Source: a virus. From it: 64,000 nucleotides of DNA. The translations under genes were made by a program, and so were the position numbers. The DNA lies in IMG/VR virus record IMGVR_UViG_3300012206_000001, positions 4,884-68,883 of that record; one strand, written 5' to 3'. Below, in pieces: positions 48,680 to 59,245 of the stretch. Under the pieces are notes generated by a model. The model had not been told where the DNA came from and did no database searches. It saw only the letters and a list, made by a program, of their open reading frames with translations. Position 1 is the stretch's first letter. Every line of letters begins with the position of its first letter.

Positions 48680-49646
48680 CGCTTTGTTACTCACGCCCAG
48701 GCAGGGCGCGGGGCTGGTCATTTCTGCCAGCCTCTCCGCGTCTCCGCGGAGGCCAGACTATATCTTTATCCCACTTGTGCCGTTTTGAACTGCTCCGCCA
48801 GGCCGGCCAGCGCCCGGAGGGTTCCGGGGTTCTCGTCTACCATGCCAAGCGCCAGGTTGCACCGATAGCACAGCAGCGCCCGGACCTGGCCGGACTTGTG
48901 GCAGTGGTCGATGCACCAGTTCTTGCGCCCTGGCTGGTCCGTCCCGCATCCTGCGCAGCGACCGCCCTGGCTGGCCAGGAGCCGGTCATGCTCCTCCTGG
49001 GTTAGCCCGTACCTGCGGAGCCGTCGCCGTTCTTCGATATCGCGGCTGCGCTCGCGGCGGTCAGCCCGGCAGTTGTCACAGACCGCCAGGCCGGGTTTGC
49101 GGACCGTCTCGGAGAGGGCGGCCTGGCACTTATGGCAGCGCCTGACGCCTGTCCGGTCCCGGCTCCGGGCCACATCCCGGGCGGCCCTGCATTCTGGGCA
49201 GTAGCGGGGCAGCGGACCTGCCCGGCGTACCTGAATGCGTGCCCCGCAGGACTCGCATTTGGTATCCGGGCGTTGCGGCCGGGGCTCGTAGTGGCGCTTG
49301 GCCCTTTCGCGGCTCAGGTGACGGCGCCACTGGATCTGGCATTCCATCTTGCAGGTCTTGTCGACCTGCCGTCGCGGGGTGAACATCTCCCCGCAGATTA
49401 CGCACTCTCGGTCCGGCACGAACCAAGAGTACAGGATGACTGGAAGTGGGATATCCCGTACATAGTCGTTGAACCTTCTTGTCGGGGCGGACCCAGGCAA
49501 GCTCGGCTGCTGATTATCCCTACCGGCCGCTTCTCAAACCGTCGCGCTCACGCTTTCGCGTCACGCTGTGGTGCGACCGTCTATCAGGACGTTCCAGCAA
49601 TTCTCGGGATTTTCACTAGCACCTTACGGTGCTAGGCGACCATTTG
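48680..49646 (-). ncRNA. group I self-splicing intron (967 nt) in the capsid gene
   Basis: P1 with U-G at the splice site; P GAAUUGCUGGAA, Q AAUCAGCAG, R GUUCAACGACUA, S AAGAUAUAGUC; P3, P7, P8 pairings; terminal G; splicing restores FTLD-PTIV in frame. Confidence 0.93.
48766..49419 (-). CDS. intron-encoded endonuclease VII-type homing endonuclease (P8 loop)
   Basis: RYGLT...QGGRCAGC...IDHCH..GQVRALLC.RCN.ALG; TACTCT-N6-GTG. Confidence 0.88.
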   Translation of the reverse strand: MPDRECVICGEMFTPRRQVDKTCKMECQIQWRRHLSRERAKRHYEPRPQRPDTKCESCGARIQVRRAGPLPRYCPECRAARDVARSRDRTGVRRCHKCQAALSETVRKPGLAVCDNCRADRRERSRDIEERRRLRRYGLTQEEHDRLLASQGGRCAGCGTDQPGRKNWCIDHCHKSGQVRALLCYRCNLALGMVDENPGTLRALAGLAEQFKTAQVG

Positions 49647-50249
49647 ATCGAGCGTGAAAGGAACCATGTAGCCGCCCTGGGCCAGTACCAGCGACAGCGC
49701 CCCGGCGGCACGCTGCACGCCCTCCCCCAGCGGGTCGTTGAGGTAGTCGCGGAACGCCTCGTAATACTCGTCGTTGCCGAACATCAGGATGTGCCGGGCG
49801 ATCTTCGGGTCCGAGGTGGCCTTGCGAGTGGATTCCTCCGCGAACTCGTCAGCCAGCCGCCCGGCCCGGTTGCAGTATTCCACCGCGGTCTGCGCGCGGG
49901 CGACCATGTCGCTGCCGGTGACCAGGTGCCGCTTGACCTGGTCCAGGTCGCCGAACGGGTCCGGGCGCATCATGAACTGCGGGGAGCGCCCCTCCCACCG
50001 GCCGGGCCCGCCGCCGCCGTCACCGGGTTCGCGGTTGGCCGGGTCGGCGGCAGCCTTGCGGATCAGCTCCAGCTCCTCCATCCGCGATACGATCTTCGCC
50101 CGGTCCTCGTCGAGTTCCTTCCACCGGGACACCAGCGTGTCCCGCATGTTGCCGTCCTTGTCCTCGGTGGTGTCCGGGTCCGAGGCGATCCGCTCCAGTT
50201 CCTCGTGGATCGTGTTCTGCTCGCGGATGATGTCATCCAGGGTTGCCAT
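49647..50249 (-). CDS. major capsid protein, exon 1
   Basis: Coiled-coil delta-like N-terminus ending GGYMVPFTLD; follows the protease gene. Confidence 0.88.
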
Positions 50250-50252
50250 TTG

Positions 50253-51748
50253 CTACCACTGACTCCTCAGGGGTCCGATACCGGTCTCGCGGCACATCTC
50301 CTCGATGCGGAGCGCGAGCAGCCGGTGGGCGTGATACCGGGGAGTCGAGGTCACGTCTTCGGGCGTGCCGCCGGCGGCATCCCCCTCCATTGCGGGGGTG
50401 CTCTCCTCGTCCTCGGGCAGGTCAAGTTCAAGGTCCCCGGCCGTGCCGGGCAGGGCCATGCGGACGCCGAGGAACTCAGCCCCGGTGTACGCGCCGTACA
50501 GGACCGGGCCGTACTCCCGCAGCCCCAGGGCCATCCGCCGCACCGTCTGCAGCACCCCGTTGCGGCCGCGGTACTTGTCACCCGGGCCACGGAGCTCCGG
50601 GTCGGACCGGTGGATCCCGCCGACGAAGGACTGCCCGGTGATGCGGCCCTCCCGGATGTCGTCGAGGATCTCCTCGGCGAAAGGCTTCTTCGCGTACTCG
50701 GTGCGGGTCAGCAGCCCCCGCCCGTCAGGGCGGATGTCGAGCGCCTTGCCGATGGGCCGCTGGAACTCCGGGGCGGGGACGCCCTCCATCGTCTTGCCGT
50801 GGTTGAACAGGACGCGGACCGCGCCGCCGAACCCGCCGCGGGACCGGGCGATCTTCGCGAGGACCGCGTCGAACGCCGACCGGTCGATGACCTCCGTGTA
50901 GTGGCCTTGGGCGTCGTGGATCTCGGCGGGCTCGTCGAACACGGTGGCGTACGCCTCGACGACCCGGCCGGAGGGTTCCCCGTCGGCCGCGCGCATGACC
51001 CGGATGTCATCCAGCGGGTAGTAGCGGAAGATCTCACCCGCGGCGCGCGCGGCGCTGCCGCCGCTGCGGGCCTTGCCCGCCAGCTTGCCGAACGCGGCCT
51101 TGCCGTACCGCTTCCGCCCGATGTACGCGGCGAGCGCACCCGGGTCCGTCGCGCCCTTCGCGGCCAGCGACGACTTCAGCTTCGCGAACCGCGCGCCGGT
51201 GCCGAGCTTCGGCGCGGCGCGGGACGCCTGCTCCCCGGCGGCCGGGGTCATGCCCATGGCCTTCTCCGCGGCCTCCATGTGGGACACGCCGAGGCCGGTC
51301 AGGTCCGGCAGGTCGGAATGGTCGCCGTCCCAGGAGCTGTCCAGGCCGTCGGCGTCGTAATCGCCGGATGCCGGTGTCGTCACTGCGGACCTCCTGGTCG
51401 ATTGCTTCTCCATGGCCGCGTGCGTGGCCGGCCAGATGCCCAGCGCGGCGTGATGACGCTCAGCGCAGAACCCCTTCGCCCGCTCCGGGTCCATGTGCGC
51501 CTCGTCCACCGCCAGCCGGACGCAGCGGTCAAAGTCCCCGCCCTCCGGCGGATCAGCTCCTCCTCAGACGGGGCGTCCGGAGACAGCGCGGCGACGTCGC
51601 GCCACAGCCGTTCCATCGCCGATGTCACCGGCTCCGGCAGGCCGGCGCAATCGCCCAGTGCCTCGAGCAGGGCAATGACAGATGCGTTGAACTTCTGGAT
51701 CTGCGGCAGGTCCGCGATGCGGACGTCCACCGTGACGGTCTCAGCCAT
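50253..51748 (-). CDS. HK97-type prohead protease with N-terminal extension; frame break near 51545
   Basis: VEAYATVFD, EVIDRSAF, VLFNHG, GQSF, LREYGPV..AY; GDFDRCV...AKGFCA segment upstream. Confidence 0.8.
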
Positions 51749-53174
51749 GACTGGCTCCGTTCATGTCCCTGCGCACCGACGCCGGCCGCATCCCCGGTCT
51801 TGTTGAGTTTCCGCCGTCACCTGGTGAAACAGTCCCGGCCGGAATCCGCAGCTGGCTGCCTTCCGGCAGCGGCGGGACGCCCGGGCCGCTGCCCGGCGGC
51901 TGCGGGACCAGGTGCTGCGACGTCTGCGGCTGCGGCGCCGCCGCGGCCGGGTCCACCTCGAGCTGCGACACGTCGTTCGCCAGCACCGCCTTCACCGCGG
52001 AATCGAACGTGGACCCGGCGTTGCGGTACGTCAGGACCGCCTGCGCGTGGATCAGCGACATCTGCGCGCGTTCCTGCTCACCTTCCTGCAATGCCGCGAT
52101 GTCGGCCGTGTCGAACCACAGGCGCACCGCCCCGGCATCCACGTCGTTGCCGGGGGTGAGCTTCTGCAGCGCCCCGCAGAACGACCGCCACTGCGGCCGG
52201 CCGAACAGGTCCGCGAACTTCCGCATGCTCTCCTGGTAGCCGCGGCCCGCCCCGCGCAAAGGTTCCAGGCCCACGATCACGCCCGGCACGTTCCCCGCGG
52301 CCAGCACCCGCTCCGCCCCGGCGGCCTGCACCCCGGAGAAATCCATCTGCGCCAGGTTCGACCCGATGATCGTCGCGTCAGCGCCGCTGTCGAGCACCAG
52401 CGTCCCGCCGGCGCCCTCCGGGCCGCCGTACCGGGCGTTCACCCGCTCCCGGATCGCATCGATCGTGCCCGGCGCCAGCCTCTGCGCGTACTTCAGCAGC
52501 AGGTTAGGGCTGGCATGATGCTCCAGGTAGCGGATCTTGTACGTGGTCATCCCGCTGTCCGCCTGCACGTCCCGTATCACCGGGGTCAGCCACGACATGC
52601 CCCGGAACTCCGCGGCGGGATCAGGCAGCGGATGCCAGTGCACGACCTCACGGGCCAGCGCGAACTGCGGCTCCCCGTACTCCGGCTCCAGCTGCCTCGG
52701 CGGGGAATAGTCATAGCCGATCACCTGCCGGTAATGGCCGCCGCGCGGCGCGGACACGATCCGGGAGATGATCGTCACCCACTCCGGCCGCCACCTGACG
52801 AGGCGGTCACCCGCATCCCACAAGAAGAAATTCCCCGCCAGCGACACGTCCTGCTCCGCGCGGACCAGCAGCTCCCCCTCGGTGCCATCCGGCCACGGAT
52901 GCTGCAGGACCCCCAACCGCGCGTCGGTGAACAGCTTCTTGTCCGCGACCCGCTGGAACGAGAACCGGCATTCACTGACCAGGACCATCCTGGCCAGGAT
53001 CGCGGAGAACACGGCCCCGTTGGTGCCGTACGCCTGCTGGGCGGCCGACGCCACGCCCGGCAGGATCGCCTCCCTGTCCGGGCTGCCGTACGTCGTCGTC
53101 AGGACCGCCGCGCCGCTAGCCTGGCCCTCCCAGTAGCCGGCGTCACGGCGGATCAGCCGGTCAATCAGCCGCAT
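51741..53174 (-). CDS. portal protein (HK97-like)
   Basis: LAGNFF, FRGMSWL, TLVLDSGAD, AAGNVP. Confidence 0.9.
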   Translation of the reverse strand: MRLIDRLIRRDAGYWEGQASGAAVLTTTYGSPDREAILPGVASAAQQAYGTNGAVFSAILARMVLVSECRFSFQRVADKKLFTDARLGVLQHPWPDGTEGELLVRAEQDVSLAGNFFLWDAGDRLVRWRPEWVTIISRIVSAPRGGHYRQVIGYDYSPPRQLEPEYGEPQFALAREVVHWHPLPDPAAEFRGMSWLTPVIRDVQADSGMTTYKIRYLEHHASPNLLLKYAQRLAPGTIDAIRERVNARYGGPEGAGGTLVLDSGADATIIGSNLAQMDFSGVQAAGAERVLAAGNVPGVIVGLEPLRGAGRGYQESMRKFADLFGRPQWRSFCGALQKLTPGNDVDAGAVRLWFDTADIAALQEGEQERAQMSLIHAQAVLTYRNAGSTFDSAVKAVLANDVSQLEVDPAAAAPQPQTSQHLVPQPPGSGPGVPPLPEGSQLRIPAGTVSPGDGGNSTRPGMRPASVRRDMNGASHG

Positions 53175-53360
53175 GCGCACCGCACCAGTTGCAGTACCGG
53201 CCGCCTAGCCGCTGCCGGAACCAGTGCCGCCCGCAGCGGTGCAGCGCGCGCATGGCCGTCCCGTAAACGCGCGAGTAGATCCACGCGTACTGGCCGTAGG
53301 GCGCGCCGTCCTCGCGGCGGAAGCTCTTCAGGTGACTGAATGCCAGCCTCGTTGCCGCGT

Positions 53361-53678
53361 TCACGACGCCCGCCGCCCCCGCTCCAGGATCTGCGCCAGC
53401 GTCGGCGGCTCATGCGCCGACGGCACCCGCCCCGCCCCGTCATCCCGCTGCAGGCCCAGCCACACCGCGAACCCGGACTCGCCGATCAGCACCAGCCCCA
53501 GGCACCAGCGGCCCACCAGCGCGCCGCCGCCCAGCATCCCCAGCGCGCCGGCGATCACCAGCACCGCCGACGTCAGCGCATGCCGGGACCGGGCCGCGCG
53601 CTGCCGGGCCGACGCCAGCCGGGCACGCCACTGCGCCGCCACCGCACGCCACACCACCCGCTCGACGGACAGGCGCAT
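53361..53678 (-). CDS. small membrane protein between terminase and portal
   Basis: Two hydrophobic segments; typical position. Confidence 0.55.
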   Translation of the reverse strand: MRLSVERVVWRAVAAQWRARLASARQRAARSRHALTSAVLVIAGALGMLGGGALVGRWCLGLVLIGESGFAVWLGLQRDDGAGRVPSAHEPPTLAQILERGRRAS

Positions 53679-53791
53679 GAGTTACCCTCCAGGTCTGGCC
53701 AGAGTTCGCGTCAGGGTTGGGCGGCTCGCAGCAAACGCCGGTTAGAGTCCGCTCCATGGATGCTGGCGCGTAGGCACTCGGCGGATTCTGG

Positions 53792-54295
53792 TCAGACCAC
53801 ATACACGCTGGGGCTGCTGACCTCTTCCCATCTCAAATAGGCCCAGACCGCGAACTCGGACGCCGTCAGCGGCGACTGATCCGTCACCACCCGACGCTCC
53901 AGCGCCCGCCCGCCCGCCAGCGCCCGCTGCTGGGCGCCTCGGACGGCGGCGGTGAGTTCCGGCTGATTGAAATGCCGCAGGTGCCCCGTCGCCGCGAGAT
54001 CCATGAATTCGCCATGGCTTACCGCCACGTCCTCCGCGCCCAGCCGCTTCACGATGATCCCCAGCTCACCCAGCTGATGGCACAACGTCGACGACTGCGA
54101 CCTCGGATCCAGCGCCACCTCCACCGGGTCATCCGCCACGTACAGCGCATCCATCACCGTCGGCGCCACCGGCGGCGGCCCGTGCCACACCACCTTCACC
54201 GCCATCCGCCCCGGACCCTCACGCCACGCCTTCGCGATCGCGCACCGCGACCGGTCCTCGGAAATCTCCATCCCGAACGCGCATTCGCCGCTCAC
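53792..54295 (-). CDS. terL: terminase large subunit nuclease domain as a separate gene
   Basis: AFGMEISEDRS, LRHFNQPELTAAV.GA..R, DQSPLTA; own RBS AGGAGG and GTG. Confidence 0.8.
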   Translation of the reverse strand: MSGECAFGMEISEDRSRCAIAKAWREGPGRMAVKVVWHGPPPVAPTVMDALYVADDPVEVALDPRSQSSTLCHQLGELGIIVKRLGAEDVAVSHGEFMDLAATGHLRHFNQPELTAAVRGAQQRALAGGRALERRVVTDQSPLTASEFAVWAYLRWEEVSSPSVYVV

Positions 54296-54322
54296 GGCAG
54301 CAGGGCCTCCTAAACTGCGGAC

Positions 54323-54633
54323 ATGAGCCGAACTGTGCTGTTCGCCGGCGGCCCGCTGCACGGCACGACGCTGACGACCGATGACCACACGAGGGCCGTA
54401 TGCGCCCTTGAGCCGCCCGAGATTTCCCTTGACCCGTTCAGCCCCCGTTCAATCCGTACGAGGAGCCCCGGCAGGTGACCTACAACCTGTCCAGGTTCGC
54501 GATGTGCGGACGCATCATCTGGGTCGGACACCTCGGCACCGAGCCGGACGAGGACCTCGCGTTCGAGGTGCTGACCAGCGACGGCGCCAAGCAAGCGTCC
54601 TACGTACCTGCCCCGGTTCAGGCCCCGGCGTAG
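54323..54633 (+). CDS. hypothetical moron within terL, with one-base frameshift at ~54444
   Basis: TAAACT-N6-ATG; MSRTVLFAGGPLHG continues in a shifted frame to TAG 54631. Confidence 0.55.
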
Positions 54634-54649
54634 ACGCACGGACGCGCGC

Positions 54650-55573
54650 TCACCCGTAGCCCAGCGTCTCCCATGTCTGCTGCGAGATAACCTCCCAGCC
54701 CGGCCTGGCCACCTCCGGCCACTGGCACAGGTACGCACGGCGGAACTCCGCCAGCGGCATGGTCCCGAAGTCAGCGCGAACCGTCTCCTCGGTCACCGTG
54801 ATCCCCAGCGCGGGCATGCACCCGTACCAGGTCGCCAGGTCACCCGGGTCCGCGTCATCCGGCGCCGAGTACCCGATATAGGCGGCCGTGTCGGTAGCGC
54901 CGAGCTCGGCCATCGCCCGGCCGTCCTCGACCTTGCCGCGGAAATACGCGGAGAACTCCGTCCCGGCCGTGGAGACCACCCACAGCTGCGCGCCCTCGCG
55001 GGTCATCATCGCCGGCTTGACGGCCTGCTCGATCGTGTCGTCGCGCTGAGCCCAGGCCTCGTCGATCACCGCCAGGTCCAGCGTGTCGCCGTGATCGGAC
55101 GTCTGGGTCCCCGACGCGAGCATCAGCATAGACCCGTTCGCGAACAGGAACGCCTCGGACCCGTAGGCCTTGCGGACGTCGACCAGCTTCCGCAGGCCGC
55201 GGGACCGGCGGATCCGCGGCCACCACACGTCGAGCATCCGGCGGCGGCCGGCTAGCCGGGTCTGCGCCGAGTAGGCGATCATCGTGCCCGGCTTCTCAAT
55301 GCCCCGGGTCAGCATCAGCGACAAGATGGACACGCTCTTGCCCTGCTGCCGCGGCTCCTCCACGACCACCTGCCGGAAGGCGGGCCTGCCGCCGCGCTGC
55401 TCAGTGCCGGTGGCGATGATCTGCCGCTGGTGGGGCATCAGCCCGTCGAACCCGAGCGCTGTCGCGGTCCACGCGACCTTCCCCGCCAGGTGCGGCCGGC
55501 CGGGAGTCGCCGGGGTCGCCCACCTAGGCCTGGCTGAACCCGGCGAGAAACTCCGCGAGCTCACCGTCCACAC
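54650..55573 (-). CDS. terL: terminase large subunit ATPase domain
   Basis: LMPHQ, PRQQGKS, LAVIDEAW, QLWVVSTAGT, FRRAYLCQW. Confidence 0.9.
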   Translation of the reverse strand: MWTVSSRSFSPGSARPRWATPATPGRPHLAGKVAWTATALGFDGLMPHQRQIIATGTEQRGGRPAFRQVVVEEPRQQGKSVSILSLMLTRGIEKPGTMIAYSAQTRLAGRRRMLDVWWPRIRRSRGLRKLVDVRKAYGSEAFLFANGSMLMLASGTQTSDHGDTLDLAVIDEAWAQRDDTIEQAVKPAMMTREGAQLWVVSTAGTEFSAYFRGKVEDGRAMAELGATDTAAYIGYSAPDDADPGDLATWYGCMPALGITVTEETVRADFGTMPLAEFRRAYLCQWPEVARPGWEVISQQTWETLGYG

Positions 55574-55835
55574 TCCCGGCAGGTGCCATCAGCGCCTGCA
55601 GCGTCATCCTCAGCTCCCTCGCCAGCAGCGAATTACCCGGGTCGGCCCCGTATGCCGCCGTGAGCTGCCCCGCCAGCAGCCGCAGGCCCGCCGCGGGGTC
55701 AGTCACCGGGACGGCCGTCCCGGTCACGGCCGGATCCGCGCGGAGCACCGCGCACCGCTTGCACAGCGAATGGTCGCCCGCCTTATGCGCCCGGGCCCGG
55801 CGGACCCGGAGAGCCCCGGAATCCGCCAAAATCAC
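55524..55835 (-). CDS. terS: terminase small subunit
   Basis: Directly upstream of terL; RAHKAGDHSLC...LARELRMTL. Confidence 0.65.
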   Translation of the reverse strand: MILADSGALRVRRARAHKAGDHSLCKRCAVLRADPAVTGTAVPVTDPAAGLRLLAGQLTAAYGADPGNSLLARELRMTLQALMAPAGSVDGELAEFLAGFSQA

Positions 55836-55968
55836 CCTCCGTAACGTTACGGGTTACCGGCCAGTACGCGCGGATGGCTGCGAGAGTCGGCTGACCGATG
55901 GTCGCTGGAGAAGCGATCCAGGTCAAGGCATTAATTCGAACAGCCTGACCATCCTGGATGGTCGGCGG

Positions 55969-56784
55969 TCACCAGTCCCGGGCCGCACGCTCAGTCGCAC
56001 GCCGGAAAGCAGCGACCGTCTGTGACCACCGTCTGTCCGCTGCTATCTGTCCCGGCGTGCTGCGCAGCTGGCGATGGTCACCTTCCGCGCGATAGGCCAC
56101 GACCGCGGCGTCCGCCTGCTCGCGGGTCATGCCCTTGCGCGCGACCAGGTGATTAGCGGCCAGCCTCGCCAGCTGGCAGGCCCGTGCCGGGCACACCTCT
56201 CGCCGCTGCTGGTTCGTGCCGTGCGCTATGCCGAGTTCGCCGCAGTACCGACAGGTGTAGTACGTCACTGCCGAGCGTGGTGCGTACGGCTCGGCCGCAT
56301 GCCGTGGCTTCGGCAGTGGTTTCGGCTTAGCTGCGCGGCTGCTACCCGATGGCCCGTAGATCCGCCGCCGTATCGCCACGCCGCAGGGGCGGCTGCAGGT
56401 GCGCTGCCCGCTGTAACCCGGATGGTAGTGCGCGCCGCATATCTCGCACTTACGGGACTTGCGGCCGTTCACCTTGCCGCAGACAGGGCAGGTGACGTCA
56501 TGGCCCACGCCGGGCCGGGGCAGGCTCAGCGGCCGGAGCTGGTTACCGAGCCTGGCGCCGGCGGCGCGGTTGCAGGACTGGTGCGCTAGGACGGCAGGCC
56601 CGGCCGTGCCGCCGAGCGCGCGGTCAACGACGTGGTCGCGGTCGAGCTTCTGCCACTTGTACATGGGCTGGCCGCACCGCCAGCACGGGTCGCCGTCACG
56701 GTGCAGGGCAAGGAGGCGTTTCCTGTCAGCGGCGTGGGCAGCGCCGAGCCCGCGTTGCTCAGTGGTGCCCCGGTAACGTGCCAT
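55969..56784 (-). CDS. packaging-associated HNH endonuclease with zinc-finger extension
   Basis: TTEQRGLG..H, CWRCG, LDRDHV, AHQSCNRAAG; adjacent to terS. Confidence 0.8.
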   Translation of the reverse strand: MARYRGTTEQRGLGAAHAADRKRLLALHRDGDPCWRCGQPMYKWQKLDRDHVVDRALGGTAGPAVLAHQSCNRAAGARLGNQLRPLSLPRPGVGHDVTCPVCGKVNGRKSRKCEICGAHYHPGYSGQRTCSRPCGVAIRRRIYGPSGSSRAAKPKPLPKPRHAAEPYAPRSAVTYYTCRYCGELGIAHGTNQQRREVCPARACQLARLAANHLVARKGMTREQADAAVVAYRAEGDHRQLRSTPGQIAADRRWSQTVAAFRRATERAARDW

Positions 56785-57783
56785 GGTTCAGTATATTCGC
56801 AGGTCAGCCATGGTACGTGCCCACCGCTGGTAGTCCCGCCGGGTGCGCGCCATGGCCGCTCAGCTAACCTGCCGGTTGGCGCCGCTGATCTTCAGGACAG
56901 CGCCGGTGAGGAATCGTGATGGCCATTCAGGTGGCATGCATCCAGATATGTCCAGCTGCGCGTTCAGCGCGAGAGCCTCCGTGCCGTCGGCGATGGTGCC
57001 GTGCACGGCGATGGCCTCCAGCAGCCCGTCGCTGATCAGGATGCGCGGGTCTGCGCGCTCAATCCAGATGCTGTCCCCGACGCGGTGGACGATGAACTCG
57101 CCGTCCGGCAGGTCCGCTGGCGGCGGCATCCCATCGGTGACGACGAGCTCAGCCATGGTCAGTCAGCCGCCGCCAGTCCCGGAGCGCACCATGGCGCGTC
57201 CATCCCTTGCCGCACCTGCTCACGCCCTCCGGCCACGAGAGGGGCTCGGCCAGGTAGCCGTTGAAGTAGTTGCGCACTGCCCGCCAGTTGCCGTTCCCGG
57301 CCTGCCGGAACGGGTACCGCAGGGCACGGAGCAGCCGGCGGGCGCGGCGCGGCCGGTGCGCACCATGGGCGAACTGGCGCAGGTCCCGCCAGAGTCCGAC
57401 CGGGTAGACATCCACCTCAGCCATGGGTCAGTGCACGCTGACGCGGACGTGCCCGGCCCGCAGGACGGCGATGGCCAGGACGGCGAGCACGCCGATCAGC
57501 CAGATCAGCCAGCGCGGCACGGTTGCCTCCTCCTCAGAACAGCAGGGTCTCGGTCCCGGCTGCCCGGGTCTCGACGCAGACGAGATCCCAGCCGCCGCCG
57601 GCCTTGATCTCTTCCGCTGCGTCGCTGGCGTCAACGGATTCCCAGCCGCGGCCGGTGAGCCGGTACCAGCCGGGCTCGCGGACGGTGCCGCTGACCCGCT
57701 CAACCATGGTCAGTCCTCTCCGGCTGTCTCCGCTTGAGGGCAGTGCTGTCGCATGCGGTTTATGCTAACTGCTCTTACGTAAT

Positions 57784-58413
57784 TCATCCAGGAACGCGCC
57801 AAGCGCCGCCCGTACGCCTCATCCCGTCCCATGGCGAGGGAGCGGCAGCTGGTTCCGGCTCAAGGCTCTCAAGCTGCCTGACAGCCTCAGGGTGCGTCAG
57901 GTACAGCTTGCCGTGAGCATGGCGCATGTTCTCCATCCACGTGACGAGCTCAAGGTTGGCGCGGCGGTTGTCCCACTTGAGCCGGTTGCGGTGATTGATC
58001 TGGACGCCGTGCGGGATCTGGCCTTCGGCGGCTATCCAGATGACCCGGTGCGCGGCGACCTTCTCCGGGCCTACCTCGACGTAGCCGTAAAGGTCCAGGG
58101 TGAGGGTCTCGGCCCTGGTGCCGTCCGGCCAGTGCAGCGTCCCGGCCTCAGGGTCGGCGATGATCAGGCCGCGGCCGAGCAGCGCGGAGGCTATCCAGTC
58201 ATTGTCAGTGAACTGCTTGGGGGTGCGGGCGGCTTCGGCGGCGTGCACGCGCATGATGGCGTCGTGGTCGTACAGGTGCGCCGGGCGGCCTGCCCTGCCG
58301 GTGCGCTGGAAGCCGAGCGGCGGAATGCCTGCTATGACGATGAGCACGGCCACCTGCCGTTCGGTCACGGAGGGGTCCAGAGTGGCGGCAGCCTCGCGCC
58401 TAGTCACTTCCAC
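57784..58413 (-). CDS. HTH-like domain fused to HNH endonuclease
   Basis: AHRVIW..G.IP...INHRN..K.DNR..NLELVT..EN; TAAAAT-N7-GTG. Confidence 0.8.
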   Translation of the reverse strand: MEVTRREAAATLDPSVTERQVAVLIVIAGIPPLGFQRTGRAGRPAHLYDHDAIMRVHAAEAARTPKQFTDNDWIASALLGRGLIIADPEAGTLHWPDGTRAETLTLDLYGYVEVGPEKVAAHRVIWIAAEGQIPHGVQINHRNRLKWDNRRANLELVTWMENMRHAHGKLYLTHPEAVRQLESLEPEPAAAPSPWDGMRRTGGAWRVPG

Positions 58414-58452
58414 GGTTGCTATTTTAGCAGGTGGTACCCGTTTTTGAGGTAA

Positions 58453-58665
58453 TTACCGGCACATGAACGGGGTTAGCGCGGCGTGCAGCCGCATGAGGTC
58501 AGCGGAATCGTAGGCCGGCACCGGGCGTCCTGGCTTGCCGGTGCGCCGCCAATCGTCGGGCTGCCAGCCGAGGGCGCGGACGATGGCGCGGAGCTGGGCC
58601 TCGGTCACCGGCGGGTCGAGCACCTGCGCGGCCTCGGCGAGGGTGAGCGCGACCGCCGCAGGCAT
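58453..58665 (-). CDS. small DNA-binding (MerR/Xis-like) protein
   Basis: LTLAEAAQVL...GRP...YD; paralogous to the N-terminus of 57784-58413. Confidence 0.6.
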   Translation of the reverse strand: MPAAVALTLAEAAQVLDPPVTEAQLRAIVRALGWQPDDWRRTGKPGRPVPAYDSADLMRLHAALTPFMCR

Positions 58666-59245
58666 GACGCCTATGGTGCCGCAGGCGGCTCACGAGACGG
58701 GAATCGTTCACGGCGTCACCATGGCAGGGTCAGCCACGCCGCGATGATGAACAGGAGGATGAGGATGAGGATAAGCAGGAGGATGGACCCGACCGCGGCG
58801 AGCACCACCAGGACGCTGAGCACGTCAAAGATCATATGGCCGCCCGATGTGGCAGCCGGGATGCCCGCACCCGCACGGCAGGACAGGGGCCCGCACCGGG
58901 CCCCGGCACAGGTGCCCGAACACCAGCGGATCGCACAGGCACCCGCACGGGCGGCGCACCTCCGCCGCCGGCTCCGGGGCGGCCACGACAGGCGGCCCGA
59001 ACGGCCACGACGGCGTCATGGCGCCCTCTCGAATCCGTAGCGCCCCGCCAGCTCCGGCAGCTCGGCCGCCTTCAGCCCATGGCAGGCGATGTACAGGCGG
59101 GGAACGAGCCAGCAGCCGTCCGGCGTCCTGACGGCTACCGCGAGATCCAGGCCGGCCGTGACGCTCCTGAATGCGGCGGCAGCCTGCGCGGCCATGAGGT
59201 GCCTGCCGCCGCACGGGCAGCCCTCGAATTCCGTCAGGAGCCCGC

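Noticed and set aside
54296-54650. Intron or intein in terL
   Set aside because: No catalytic RNA core or intein terminal motifs; the gap holds an antisense gene and the nuclease half has its own RBS
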